Shown here piece after piece: positions 13,270 to 24,540 of a stretch of DNA of 64,000 nucleotides. The stretch is from the NCBI RefSeq assembly GCF_006345805.1, contig NC_043011.1:28966464-29030463 (forward strand), in the 5' to 3' direction. Origin of the DNA: Octopus sinensis. Its lineage: Eukaryota. Both the position numbers and the translations under genes were made by a program. The notes under the pieces were generated by a model that did not search any database, was not told the origin of the DNA, and worked only from the letters and a program-made list of their open reading frames with translations. Each line of letters starts with the position of its first letter. Positions within the stretch are counted from its first letter, which is position 1.

Positions 13270-14760
13270 ACTTGGCGTTATAACAGCAAATTTTTATCGT
13301 TACAACTGCTGACTCCGATCTTACCCGTTACAATTGGTAACTACACTAATATAAACCTAACCGTTACCTATGAAATTGACGCTATTTTCCAGTGACAAGG
13401 TAGAAACTATGACATACCTATACAAACGTGGGTTAATTATCAAAATTTACCCAAATGTGTACCCCACCCGCACCGACTAGAAAAATGGATATTTTATCAA
13501 TGAAATTTTCTAGATTTCACTTATACCTGGAATTTGTTGTGAAAAAAATTTCCGGGGCTAGGGAGAGGATTTTCGGAAAATTTACTCTAACTTTCAGAAA
13601 AACGGATATTATTTTAAGAATCTTTGTTTTTTTATAAATACCTTTCAGAGCGTGTAGATAATGATTATTTTGGAACCTGAATATGAAAAAAATTCTCGTT
13701 GTGCTCGCATACATTCATAATGACACACAAAATGAAACTTGAAACTTCGAAAAAATTGTGCTGTCAGTATGTCTGTGTGTGCCCACCTTTTTAATTTCTC
13801 ACTTTTATTTCGATATAATCGCGATATATTATGCACACTCTGAAAGATATCTGTAGAAAATTTCATTGAAAATACCCATTTTTCGGAAAGTTGCAAGGAA
13901 AGAAATACGACGCGCATGAATTTTCCTAAACTTCCTTCCCCACCCACAGAAAAACAAAATTCTTATATAATCGGTATCTACACTCCCTGAAGCGTATTTG
14001 TTGAAAGTTTCGTTGAAAAATATCCATTTTTCTGAAAGTTATGAAGAAAGAAAATTGGGGGCGCGATTGTGTAGGTATGCCGTTAAAACTATGTTTGCGA
14101 CTTCCTTTCACGCTGTTTCCGAAAAAAAATGCCTTGTGTATAGTTTCACACAAAATAAAGTACTAAAATCCAGTTGTACATTTATAAAAATGATATAAGA
14201 TCGCATTTTTATAACACACGCTTTTTATTTATGTTTATGAAAAAGTAAATTACCTATTTAATTGTTATCGAACCGTTTGTTTGTTTTAAAACCCTGTTCT
14301 TTAACGGAAATAGTGGCAGATTATTTTAATATTACGAATTAATTAAAAGTCTCTGCGTAAGTTTTCAGGTTGTATAAATTATTTGAATTAATGTTTTATT
14401 TTAAGTGAAGCTTTAAGTATTTTCACTTTAAATAATTATCAGTAAACGAAAAAACAAGAGAAAAGATTTGTCGTAGTTTAAAAGTGTTCAATTACCTCCC
14501 TTGAATACTGGCGTATACAGGCAGTGAATGAGTTTTGAAAAGGATTTCAATTATTAAATCTCGAAAATCTGGATAAATAAAGTAAATTAAGTAAGTAGTA
14601 TGAGACAGAAATGTTGTAATTAATTGGATAAGTAAAGTGCAATTAGAGTTATTTTGTTTCTGAGGTGTATAAATAAATTAATTATAAATATTATTGGTAT
14701 AAAATCATCGAATGTATTGAACAGTAAAGGTTTAAATATATTTTTTCTAGGTTTTAAAGC

Positions 14761-14924
14761 ATACTTACCTGGCACAGGGGTAAACCATGATCAGCAAGGT
14801 GGTTCTCCCAGAGTGAGGCCCTTCCATTGCACTCCGGTTGGGTTGACCTTTGCGATCGCCCCAAATGTGGGCGACTCGGGTGCGCTATTTCTAAGTGTGG
14901 GGTCTGCGTTCGCGCTCACCCCGT
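14761..14924 (+). ncRNA. RNU1: U1 spliceosomal snRNA gene (copy 1)
   Basis: 5' ATACTTACCTG, stem-loop I (GATCAGCAAG loop), U1A loop ATTGCAC, terminal GCG-TTCG-CGC stem, 164 nt; 3'-box-like AAAGAACAGA follows. Confidence 0.95.
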
Positions 14925-16304
14925 AAATCAAACAAAGAACAGACTAATGATAATGAATCCTAGATTCAATTTAAAGTATACTTGCAAAGTAACTTTTCGC
15001 TGCTTTTTCTAGAAAGATGTTATCTGCGGATTACTATTATTGGTATTTTTTCTTGCGGATGCATGTGTAGTTTTTAGGTCAAGCCTTTATCTAATGGTTT
15101 TAGATAAACTATCATTCATATTCGATGCGATTGGGTTCATATTTTCACAATGTTGTATTCCTTTCGCTGCTATTTCTAGCAACTCGAATTATTCTCTTAT
15201 TAAATTCCATATACTGGGGTTCTTAATGTCACTGTACAGAATGAATTTTAGTTTACATTTATATGACGAAGTGTCTGCAGCTCGGAGCAGAATAGATATG
15301 TTGGATAACAACAGTACGTAAATGAGTTCAAATCTCGCCGAGGTCAGCGTGGAAGATTTAAATGCAGATAATAATAATCAAATAGTGTACAGTTGCCGAT
15401 CGTATGAGTGTCTTGGTACAACAATTTCTTTCACGTGTCTATTTTATATCTAACTCCTTTTATTCAACCCTTTTTTACTCAGTACTTTCGTAAATGGTGT
15501 TCCTTTGCAATAAATATATCTGTTTACATCTTTTAAAGATCATAAAATAATTTATCGACATTAACCCCTATTAACGTTGGTGATATAAATTGATGGGCTT
15601 GCTGTAAGGCAAAGTGGTATTAAAGTGAAAAATCAAAAATAACTTTGCTATTATTGGCATTCTTTCCTTTATTAGTTTGTAATTATTGATAGTTTATTCA
15701 CCGAAATATTTTTAGAGAAAGGAAATGAGATTTGTAGCGCTGACAATACAAATATAGAATTACGAATTCAGTTCGCCGAACGATTTGAAAACAAGGGGTG
15801 TAAACGTATAGTGGTATTAAGCAGGATGACATTTTCATATTTCTGTCGTTTTGATATAATTATTTATTCTGATGTGTGCTCCATTCCCTTCCATCTTCTA
15901 CTGCTTAATTCCTCCACTGTTTTTTAATTTTCTGTCACTTTGTTTCTTTGTAGTTAAATTGTGGTAATTATAACATAACGTTAAAAATTTAATACATCAT
16001 ACTGAAATAAAAATATTTCACTATGTTTACGGACTGAGAACTTGGAGGGAAAGCAGTCATATTAATAAAAAAAATTCAATTACCTCCCTTGAAAAATGCT
16101 GCTGGAAGCTGGAATTGAATCAGTAATTAAAGATATTAATTTAATTTATTAAATGTAGGTAAATAAAGAAAGGAAAATAGAAAGGCATGAAAGGTAAAGG
16201 TAATAAATAATTGGCTAAAGAAGAAAATTGCAAAATAATATTGATTTTATAGACGCGAAATACATGTGCGCACGATAATTTTAGGAATAATTCTTTTACT
16301 CTTT

Positions 16305-16685
16305 TACTTGTTTCAGTCATTTGACTGTGACCAAGCTCGAGCACCGCCTTTAGTCGAAGAAATCGACCCCAGCACTTATTCTTTGTAAGCCTAGTACTTA
16401 TTCTATCGGTCTCTTTTGCCGAACCGCTAAGTTACGGGGATGTAAACGCACCAGCATCGGTTGTCGAGCGATATTGGGGGACAAACACAGACACAAAAAC
16501 ATATATACACACACATACATTCATACACACACACACACACATATACGAAGGGCTTCTTTCAATTTCCGTCTAACAAATCAACTCACAAGGCTTTGGTCGG
16601 CCCGAAACTATGGTAGAAGACACTTGCCAAGGTGCCACGCAGTGGGACTGAACCCTGAACTATGTGGTTGGTAAGCAAGCTACTT
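16305..16685 (-). mobile_element. SINE with internal microsatellite; its head is displaced to 17688-17714 by an inversion
   Basis: Same family as 5180-5625; it breaks off at 'caagctactt'. Confidence 0.7.
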
Positions 16686-16972
16686 TATTTCATTAAGATT
16701 TGCCATAAAGGCATTACAAAGAGCAGCTTGCGGGCTGGACATATACATTGATGAGGTGAATGATGAAACAAGGATGATATTGTTGAGAGAAGGCAGAAAA
16801 CGCCCGCCGGTTTTCTGCTTCTCTAAAACATTGTTCTTTTTTTTTTCCATTAAAAACGACAATTATTGGACTTAATAGTCCATTACAAATATATATTATA
16901 AATTATTCAATGTACACACAATCTATAAGATCAATCCTCCTCATCGGAGCCTCCAAGCAAATGACACACCGC

Positions 16973-17619
16973 CTACATCGGCAGGTCGGGGCCCGGAAAG
17001 AGGAAAGCAAAATCTTCCTTATTACAGGTCACCATGACCTCGAACAGTTCCTTCTGACTCACGACGTCCGCAGCCACCTGCGGAGGCCAGTCTGGACAGT
17101 CTATACAAACCGTGTCCAATCGTTCCCGGCCTGGAAGACCGTCCAAGCACTTCTCGACAGGCCCTTCCCTGAGATAGAAAACGACGGGTTTCACGTCCTC
17201 CTTACGGGGAGGGGCCTCAGCCCGCTCTGTCAGTGGCACAATTCCCACTGACAGAGCTTCTTGCTCCGGTGGCTCACGTTCCACCGAAGGGGTTTCGGAA
17301 CATGCCGCCGGTGATGCCCCGTTTTTCTTTCTTTTCTTTTTCCCCCCTTTTTCGCGTCGGGAGAGCGAGGTTTGTCCGTATGTCCCTCCTTCCCTCCCGC
17401 CGCCACGGGATCCATCGATGGGCAACCATTGTTGTCCACATTCTTTTTTTTTTTTTTTTTTCCTTTCGAGGCGGTTACCTCCTCCTCGACTTGTTCTACA
17501 CCTCCCTCCTTTATATGCTCAGGAGGCTCCGTTGGAGGAAAAACATCCTCCTCTATTAATTTTTCCAGTGCCCTTGCATGGTTGTCACCATGACCTCGAA
17601 CAGTTCCTTCTGACTCACG

Positions 17620-17620
<1 letters not shown>
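16973..17620 (-). pseudogene. Frameshifted fragment resembling a LINE ORF1 tail (K/E/P-rich region plus globular C-terminal domain)
   Basis: GC-richer than the flanks. 'VVFYLREGPVEKCL...PDW...DVVSQKELFEVM' aligns by eye with 'VVWFIKARSHIKCF...PEW...DVTQEVM' of the Tx1 ORF1 C-terminus. Confidence 0.35.

Positions 17621-17621
<1 letters not shown>

Positions 17622-17687
<66 letters not shown>
17622..17687. repeat. (AT)n microsatellite
   Basis: Read directly. Confidence 0.95.
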
Positions 17688-17690
<3 letters not shown>

Positions 17691-18134
17691 GGCGCAGGAG
17701 TGGCTGTGTGGTAAATATAGGCTGTGTGGTAAGCGGTGGGCACTTTCTCCCATCCTTATCATCTTTGGATTATTATCATTTATTTCATTAATGTATTGTC
17801 CAGCCAGCAAGCTACCTAATCTATGTACTGTCTTAATGACAAATTTAATGAAATATAGTGGCATATGTCTGTGTGTGTGCGTATGTATATTATAGGGGTT
17901 TTCAGAGGCAAAGGTGTGCGATTCAAGTGAGATTTGGCTATTATTTTTAGCACATCCCAAGATCACCCTCTTCGTTTTCACGCTCACATTTATTGATGTT
18001 TTTTTCAATATTTTTCTCTCATTAAACACATTTTATGGAATTATGATGCCGAAGTGACACACACGTGGTCTATTTGTGGGAGATAAGCAACAACAAAAAC
18101 AAAAAATTTTTACCCCCACCTAAAATGTGTGTGT

Positions 18135-18616
18135 ATGTGTGTACTCTATTTGATTTGCCCACACCATCGCTGGACAACCAGCGCTGGTTAGTTTTCATCT
18201 TTGTAAAGATTAGAAGCCATTGTGTGTAATTTGAGGAAGATTTCGCTGTTATATCTAGCATGCCTAACGATCATGTAAGATGCTCTTTTGTTGGCTCGTT
18301 TTGTGTAGTAAATGTATTACCGTAAATATTTTTATCAGTAAACTTTCAAATAAAACTGGAATTGTCTCCCTTGTAGACTTGCCTTTACTGTTGAATTAAT
18401 CAAGACGATAATTTTTAAATTTCATAATATTTGATCGAATTGAAGCATTTAATTACTAAATCATTTAATTAGAAATAATGAGTTGTAGTAGTTGAATTGT
18501 AATATATATGAAGACATGCATTGAAAAATTAATAGTAGAATGTCATATTAGAGGCAATATCAGTGGAGTTACAATGCAAATATCGTTTATATGAGATTAG
18601 TGAACGCCTAAAAAAC
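18135..18616 (+). promoter_or_regulatory. U1 upstream/promoter region (copy 2)
   Basis: Conserved with 21685-22165(-) and 29532-29990. Contains TCAGTGGAGTTACAATGCAAAT at about -57 to -36 and AATTGTCTCCCTTG at -257 to -244. Confidence 0.7.
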
Positions 18617-18780
18617 ATACTTACCTGGCACAGGAGTAAACCATGATCATCTAGGTGGTTCTCCCAAAGTGAGGCCCTTCCATTGCACTCCGGTTGGGTT
18701 GACCTTTGCGATCGCCCCAAATGTGGGCGACTCGGGTGCGCTATTTCTAAGTGTGGGGTCTGCGTTCGCGCTCACCCCGT
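18617..18780 (+). ncRNA. RNU1: U1 snRNA gene (copy 2)
   Basis: As copy 1 with 4 substitutions (nt 19, 34, 36, 51); 3'-box-like AAAAATAGA downstream. Confidence 0.95.
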
Positions 18781-21520
18781 CATATAATCGAAAAATAGAC
18801 AGATAGAATCGAGAACAGTCTCTTATATTGTGTTGTATCGTTACAGACGTTCGTATTCTCCTGTAGTTCAAATAAATAATAGCAGCTCTCGCTTAAGAAC
18901 TACAAGTATTGTACACACACAATGTTCATTTTCTTTTTTCGTTGTCGAACTGACAAGCACTAGCCTCGCCCACGTACGAAAACGTTAGCGGAGATTTTTT
19001 TGTTTTAATCAATTTGCACTACTAACAAGGACTTGTTTTCCTATAGCATTTCAATGTTCGCAGCCCCTTCCTATATGAGATGATTTTTAATTACCCACAA
19101 AGGGTCGACAAAGAGGGGACAACGCAAATACATGTAGGGACACATGACACGAAAAACAAAATAAATAAATAAAGATGCTTGTGATTGATTCCGTATTTTC
19201 ATGTCTGTTACACTGAATATGAGGTTAGATGTTTGCTTTTCAAACACCTGGATCCGAGTTTAGTCCCAGTATGTGCACCTAGGGCAAGTGACTTCTGGTA
19301 TAACCCTGGGCAAATAAACCTTATCAAGATAAGTAGACAACTGGTGGTGATTTGTTTACATAACCGTTAATTAGCGATTTCGGTAAACCAATAGAATAAA
19401 TACTAGACTAAAAAAAACAACTGGGGTCGATTTATTCGACTATACCCTTTAAGGCAGCGCTCCAGCATGGCCGCAGTCCAGTGACTGAAACAAGCAATTG
19501 TAAAGAGATTTTGGGGTGATCTTTCGATATAAGAACTGTGTTTATGATTCTTAAACACGTGTATTTGTTTGTTCCTGAAGAAGATCGTCGCTTTCTGAAA
19601 TTTTTTTTTACATATGTGGTGTGAGGGGAAAGGGGATCTTTTGAAGTCGGTGTGAAAGCAAAAGAAACTGAGAGATCGCGATTGGATCAGCGAAGACCTT
19701 TTTTGTATGTGTGTGCGCGAGACAGAAAGTGTGGTGGGTATGTGAAGTTCTTTTGTTAGTGTGTGTGAAGAGATAGAGTAATGTTGCTGGTGTGTGTGTA
19801 TGTGAGAGTGAGAGAGGTTACTGAAGTTTTTTTTTAATTCACTTTTTGTAGTGAGTGATTGACAGAGAAAAAGCGAGAGAGAGGTTATGTGTGTATGAAT
19901 GGCCTCAGTACACATACACAAAACATATGTACGTACACCTATTGCATGCATGTTTGTTTGTACGCATACATGTTCATGTGCGTGTATATTTACTTTTTTT
20001 AGTGATTGACAAATTAAAAGAGAGGTTGTTATGTATGTATATATATATATATATATGTATATATATGTATATATGTATGTATGTATATATGTGTGCGCGA
20101 AGGGAGAGGTGGGGAATGAGTGACTCTTTAAACACCGCACAGTCAGTTTCTGTTATCTTCAGAAATGTAAACAAAGTCACGTGTGTACATATACCAAAGC
20201 ATCGCCATATATATATATATATGTATGTATGTATATATATATATACACATATACATAACAACCTCTCTCTTTTAATTTGTCAATCACTAAAAAAAGGTAA
20301 ATATACACGCACATGAACATGTATGCGTACAAACAAACATGCATGCAATAGGTGTACGTACATATGTTTTGTGTATGTGTACTGAGGCCATTCATACACA
20401 CATAACCTCTCTCTCGCTTTTTCTCTGTCAATCACTCACTACAAAAAGTGAATTAAAAAAAAACTTCAGTAACCTCTCTCACTCTCACATACACACACAC
20501 CAGCAACATTACTCTATCTCTTCACACACACTAACAAAAGAACTTCACATACCCACCACACTTTCTGTCTCGCACACACACACACACACGGCACGCCGGC
20601 TTCGAAAGATCTTCGCTGATCCAATCGCGATCTCTCAGTCTCTTTTGCTTTCACACTGACTTCAAAAGATCCTCTTTCCCCTCACACCACATATGCAAAA
20701 ATTTTTTTTCGGAAAGCGACGATCTTCTTCAGAAACAAACAAATACACGTGTTTAAGAATCATGAACACAATTCTCATATCGAAAGATCACCCAAAAATC
20801 TCTTTACATTTGTTTGTTTCAGTCACTGGACTGCGGCCATGCTGGAGCGCTGCCTTAAAGGGTATAGTCGAATAAATCGACCCCAGTTGTTTTTTTAGTC
20901 TAGTATTTATTCTATTGGTTTACCGAAATCGCTAATAAACGGTTATGTAAACAAATCACCACCGGTCGTCTACTTATCTTGATAAGGTTTATTTGCCCAG
21001 GGTTATACCAGAAGTCACTTGCCCTAGGTGCACATACTGGGACTAAACTCGGATCCAGGTGTTTGAAAAGCAAACATCTAACCTCATATTCAGTGTAACA
21101 GACATGAAAATACGGAATCAATCACAAGCATCTTTATTTATTTATTTTGTTTTTCGTGTCATGTGTCCCTAGATGTATTTGCGTTGTCCCCTCTTTGTCG
21201 ACCCTTTGTGGGTAATTAAAAATCATCTCATATAGGAAGGGGCTGCGAACATTGAAATGCTATAGGAAAACAAGTCCTTGTTAGTAGTGCAAATGGATTA
21301 AAACAAAAAAATCTCCGCTAACGTTTCCGTACGTGGGCGAGGCTAGTGCTTGTCAGTTCGACAACGAAAAAAGAAAATGAACATTGTGTGTACAATACTT
21401 GTAGTTCTTAAGCGAGAGCTGCTATTATTTTATTTGAACTACAGGAGAATACGAACGTCTGTAACGATACAACACAATGTAAGAGAATTTTCTCTCATCT
21501 GTCTGTTCTTGAATTATATG

Positions 21521-21684
21521 ACGGGGTGAGCGCGAACGCAGACCCCACACTTAGAAATAGCGCACCCGAGTCGCCCACATTTGGGGCGATCGCAAAGGTC
21601 AACCCAACCGGAGTGCAATGGAAGGGCCTCACTTTGGGAGAACCACCTAGATGATCATGGTTTACTCCTGTGCCAGGTAAGTAT
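21521..21684 (-). ncRNA. RNU1: U1 snRNA gene (copy 3)
   Basis: Exact reverse complement of copy 2. Confidence 0.95.
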
Positions 21685-22165
21685 GTTTTTTTGGCGCTCA
21701 CAAATCTCATATAAATGATATTTGCATTGTAACTTCACTGATATTGCCTCTAATATTATCTTGAAATATTAATTTTTCAGGAAATTTCATTATATTTATT
21801 ATATCTCAACTACTACAACTCATTATTTCTAATTCAATAGTTTAGTAAATTAATGGTTTAACTTCTTGAAATATTATAAAACTTAGAAATAATAGCCTTG
21901 TTTTATTCAACAGCAAAGGCAAATGGACAAGGGAGATAATTCCAGTTTTATTTGAAAGTTTACCGATAAAGATATTTACTGTAATACATTTACTACTCAA
22001 AACGAGCCAACAAAAGAGTATCTTACATGATCGTTAAGCATGCTAGATATAACAGCAAAATCTTCCCCAAATTACACACAATGGTTTCTATTTTTTACAA
22101 AGAAAAAAAAACTAACCATCGCTGGTTGTCAAGCAGTGGTGGGGGCAAATCAAATAGAGTATACG
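21685..22165 (-). promoter_or_regulatory. U1 upstream/promoter region (copy 3)
   Basis: Homologous to 18135-18616; octamer ATGCAAAT at 21720-21727(-). Confidence 0.7.
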
Positions 22166-22354
22166 CACTCGCGCACGCACCTATATGATGTCTGTATATA
22201 TACCAGTGTATGTACGACCGATTGTTTGATGCCTGGAATAAGTCTGCTCTGGTTTCTCAGGACCATGCGTTTAAGAAATTTCGACTGCGGGCCATGCTAC
22301 TCATGAAACGTTTTTGAGTTTGTTTCTGAGAAGTGAGACCAACGCGAAGCCATC

Positions 22355-23712
22355 ATGTTGGGCAGTGCGAGGGAAGTTGAAGAAATGAAGACGTATGCAG
22401 AGATCGCCAAAGCGCTGGAAACCGAGAACACATACAAGATAGAGCACGTGAGTATGGAATGTGATGTAGACAAGTTGAGGAAGTACAGCAAAATGGTGAA
22501 ACAAGAAGGAACGAACATAAAATTTGTCATGCCAGAAGAAGAGAAAAAGAAAGAGGAAAGAAAAACAGTCATTTTTAGAACATTTTCTAATGAGAACAGA
22601 AGGGTTGAGAGAGCCCCAGAAGATGAAATAGATCTAATAAGGGGCTGTATTGACGAGGAAATAATTTTCGTCACAAGAGGAAAATTTTACGAGACAGTGG
22701 CAGTAACATTTGGAACGGAAGAAGAGGCAGCACAGAACGTTAAAGACGTGATAGAAGGAGACAAATGGACACTATTACCACGCACACCAGGGAAGAAATT
22801 AGTAAGAATCAGAGTTGGGCGGATACCACCAATGATAGAGCCTGAGTGGGTGATAGTGGGCATTTTTGGCGAAAGACTTCAGAAAAAAAACCCCAGATCT
22901 AAATCCCCAAAAATTAGTGAGCAAGACCGAATACTGCAATTTTTGGGGATTTAGTTTAGAAATTGTCGGAAATGTAAACCCAGAGTATTATGAGAAAATA
23001 CCAGAAACAATAGAGCTGCCAACGGGAGAGAAGTTGGGAGATAATACTGATAAAAGATTCACTTAGTGAGCAAGACCGAATACTGCAATTTTTGGGATTT
23101 AGTTTAGAAATTGTCGGAAATGTAAACCCAGAGTATTATGAGAAAATACCAGAAACAATAGAGCTGCCAACGGGAGAGAAGTTGGGAGATAATACTGACA
23201 GGAAGACCACCCAAATGTTACAAATGCGGCAAGAGAGGACATAAAATGAAGAAGTGTCTGGAGGAGGAGTATTTAAGATATGCAGAAATACCTTTTATGA
23301 CACATAAAGAAAAACAGGTAGAGACAAAAAGCAGGAAAAGAGAAAGAAAGAAGTCTCCAACAACAGCAGAGATAAAGAGGAGTAAAGGAATGGAAGAGGA
23401 AATGCAACAAAGAACGGAATATGTTGAGGAACCATCAACAGAGATACCCGTAACAGAGGTGGGATTACAAAGCGACGAGGAGGCTGAACGAAAATGCCTA
23501 GAGATGCATGAAAAAGACACACAGAAAGAGGATGAGAAAGTGCAGTCGGCAGAATGCACAGACATGCAAGGGTGTGAAAGCATACAGATGAAAGGACCAC
23601 AGCAGAAAGTTGGATTGGAACAGCATGGAAACGGTAAAAAGAAATTGCAAAGTCCAGCCAGGCCATCGTGTAGCAGACGTGCGATACTAAGATATATATA
23701 AGAGGAAAAATA
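22355..23712 (+). pseudogene. Divergent Tx1-like ORF1 (second family) with CCHC zinc knuckle; frameshifted, no ORF2
   Basis: 'KTVIFRTFSNENRRVERAPEDE...LLPRTPGKKLVRIRVGRIP' parallels family-1 ORF1; CYKCGKRGHKMKKC at ~23217-23258; E/K-rich tail. Confidence 0.6.
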
Positions 23713-23794
23713 AAACTGAAGAAATGGAGGAGTACCAAATTTAAACAGCAGATTGCGACTTCCTTTGTCACGCTCTGCTTTTATCTGTGTATAT

Positions 23795-24030
23795 ATTGAA
23801 TGTCCAGCCCATCTATACTTGCTGCGTGTATACTCTGCGATGACATCTCTCACGCCGGACTTCTTTTTGATGATCTTGCTACTTATGTGCTCTCTCAACG
23901 AGATACCAAGCATAGACCTTTCCATGGCTCTTTGAGCCGTTACCAGTCTTTGCTCTTCTCTCTTTGTGGTAGCCCATGTTTCACTACCATATAACATTGC
24001 AGGCAGAACTGCACTGTTAATGAGGTTGGC
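23795..24030 (-). mobile_element. RTE-clade RT C-terminal fragment
   Basis: 'LYGSETWATTKREEQRLVTAQRAMERSMLGISLREHI...KYRWAGH'. Confidence 0.8.
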
Positions 24031-24346
24031 GCGATTTCAGGAGGACGATTGGGATCACGTGGATGAGAAAGGAGCGATCAAGAGAGGAGTGGACAGCGTG
24101 CTGTGACCAGCAGTGTCAAATGGACGCCTGACGGACTGGTCGGTCAAGGTGATATATGAATGTATGTATTTACGCACACATACACATCTCTCAACATGAT
24201 AAAAACACGTTTATTGTAAAATGGAACGAGAATTGAGAATTTCCGTTTCATGAAATTTCTCTTTAAAAAAACTTACGAATAAATAAGTATTCGTTGTTTT
24301 CTGTTAATCTTTTATAAGTTACCATATATCTATCTCTGTACCTGCC

Positions 24347-24540
24347 GGATCTTTTCAATCTCAGTCAATTAACTTTTTTTAACTAAACAGTTTGAAACTT
24401 CGGATACTGGTTGAATGTTTTATGTAGAACACGGTTTAGTCTTTACGTTTTTGACAAAATTTTGTATTTTAGAAGACATTTCGTCTTGAAGTTGTATTTG
24501 GGTGATTTTAATCAATCAATGACGTGTATTCAGCTGAAGG
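24347..24540. mobile_element. Merlin-like MITE fragment
   Basis: Starts GGATCTTTTCAATC; reverse complement of the segments at ~1440-1597 and ~27580-27755. Confidence 0.55.

Larger units (their letters stand above)
18135..22165. repeat. ~4 kb palindrome: arms ~18135-20090 and ~20207-22165, ~115-bp unique spacer
   Basis: The arms are reverse complements (e.g. ORFs 19185-19370+ and 20912-21121- give the same peptide); each arm carries one U1 gene. Confidence 0.92.

Noticed and set aside
17028-17619. 36-bp direct repeats as a CRISPR array
   Set aside because: Only two copies, 556 bp apart, in a eukaryotic context with no cas genes.
23218-23997. 259-aa minus-strand ORF as a gene
   Set aside because: Only the first ~66 aa are RTE RT; the rest is antisense to the E/K-rich ORF1 tail.
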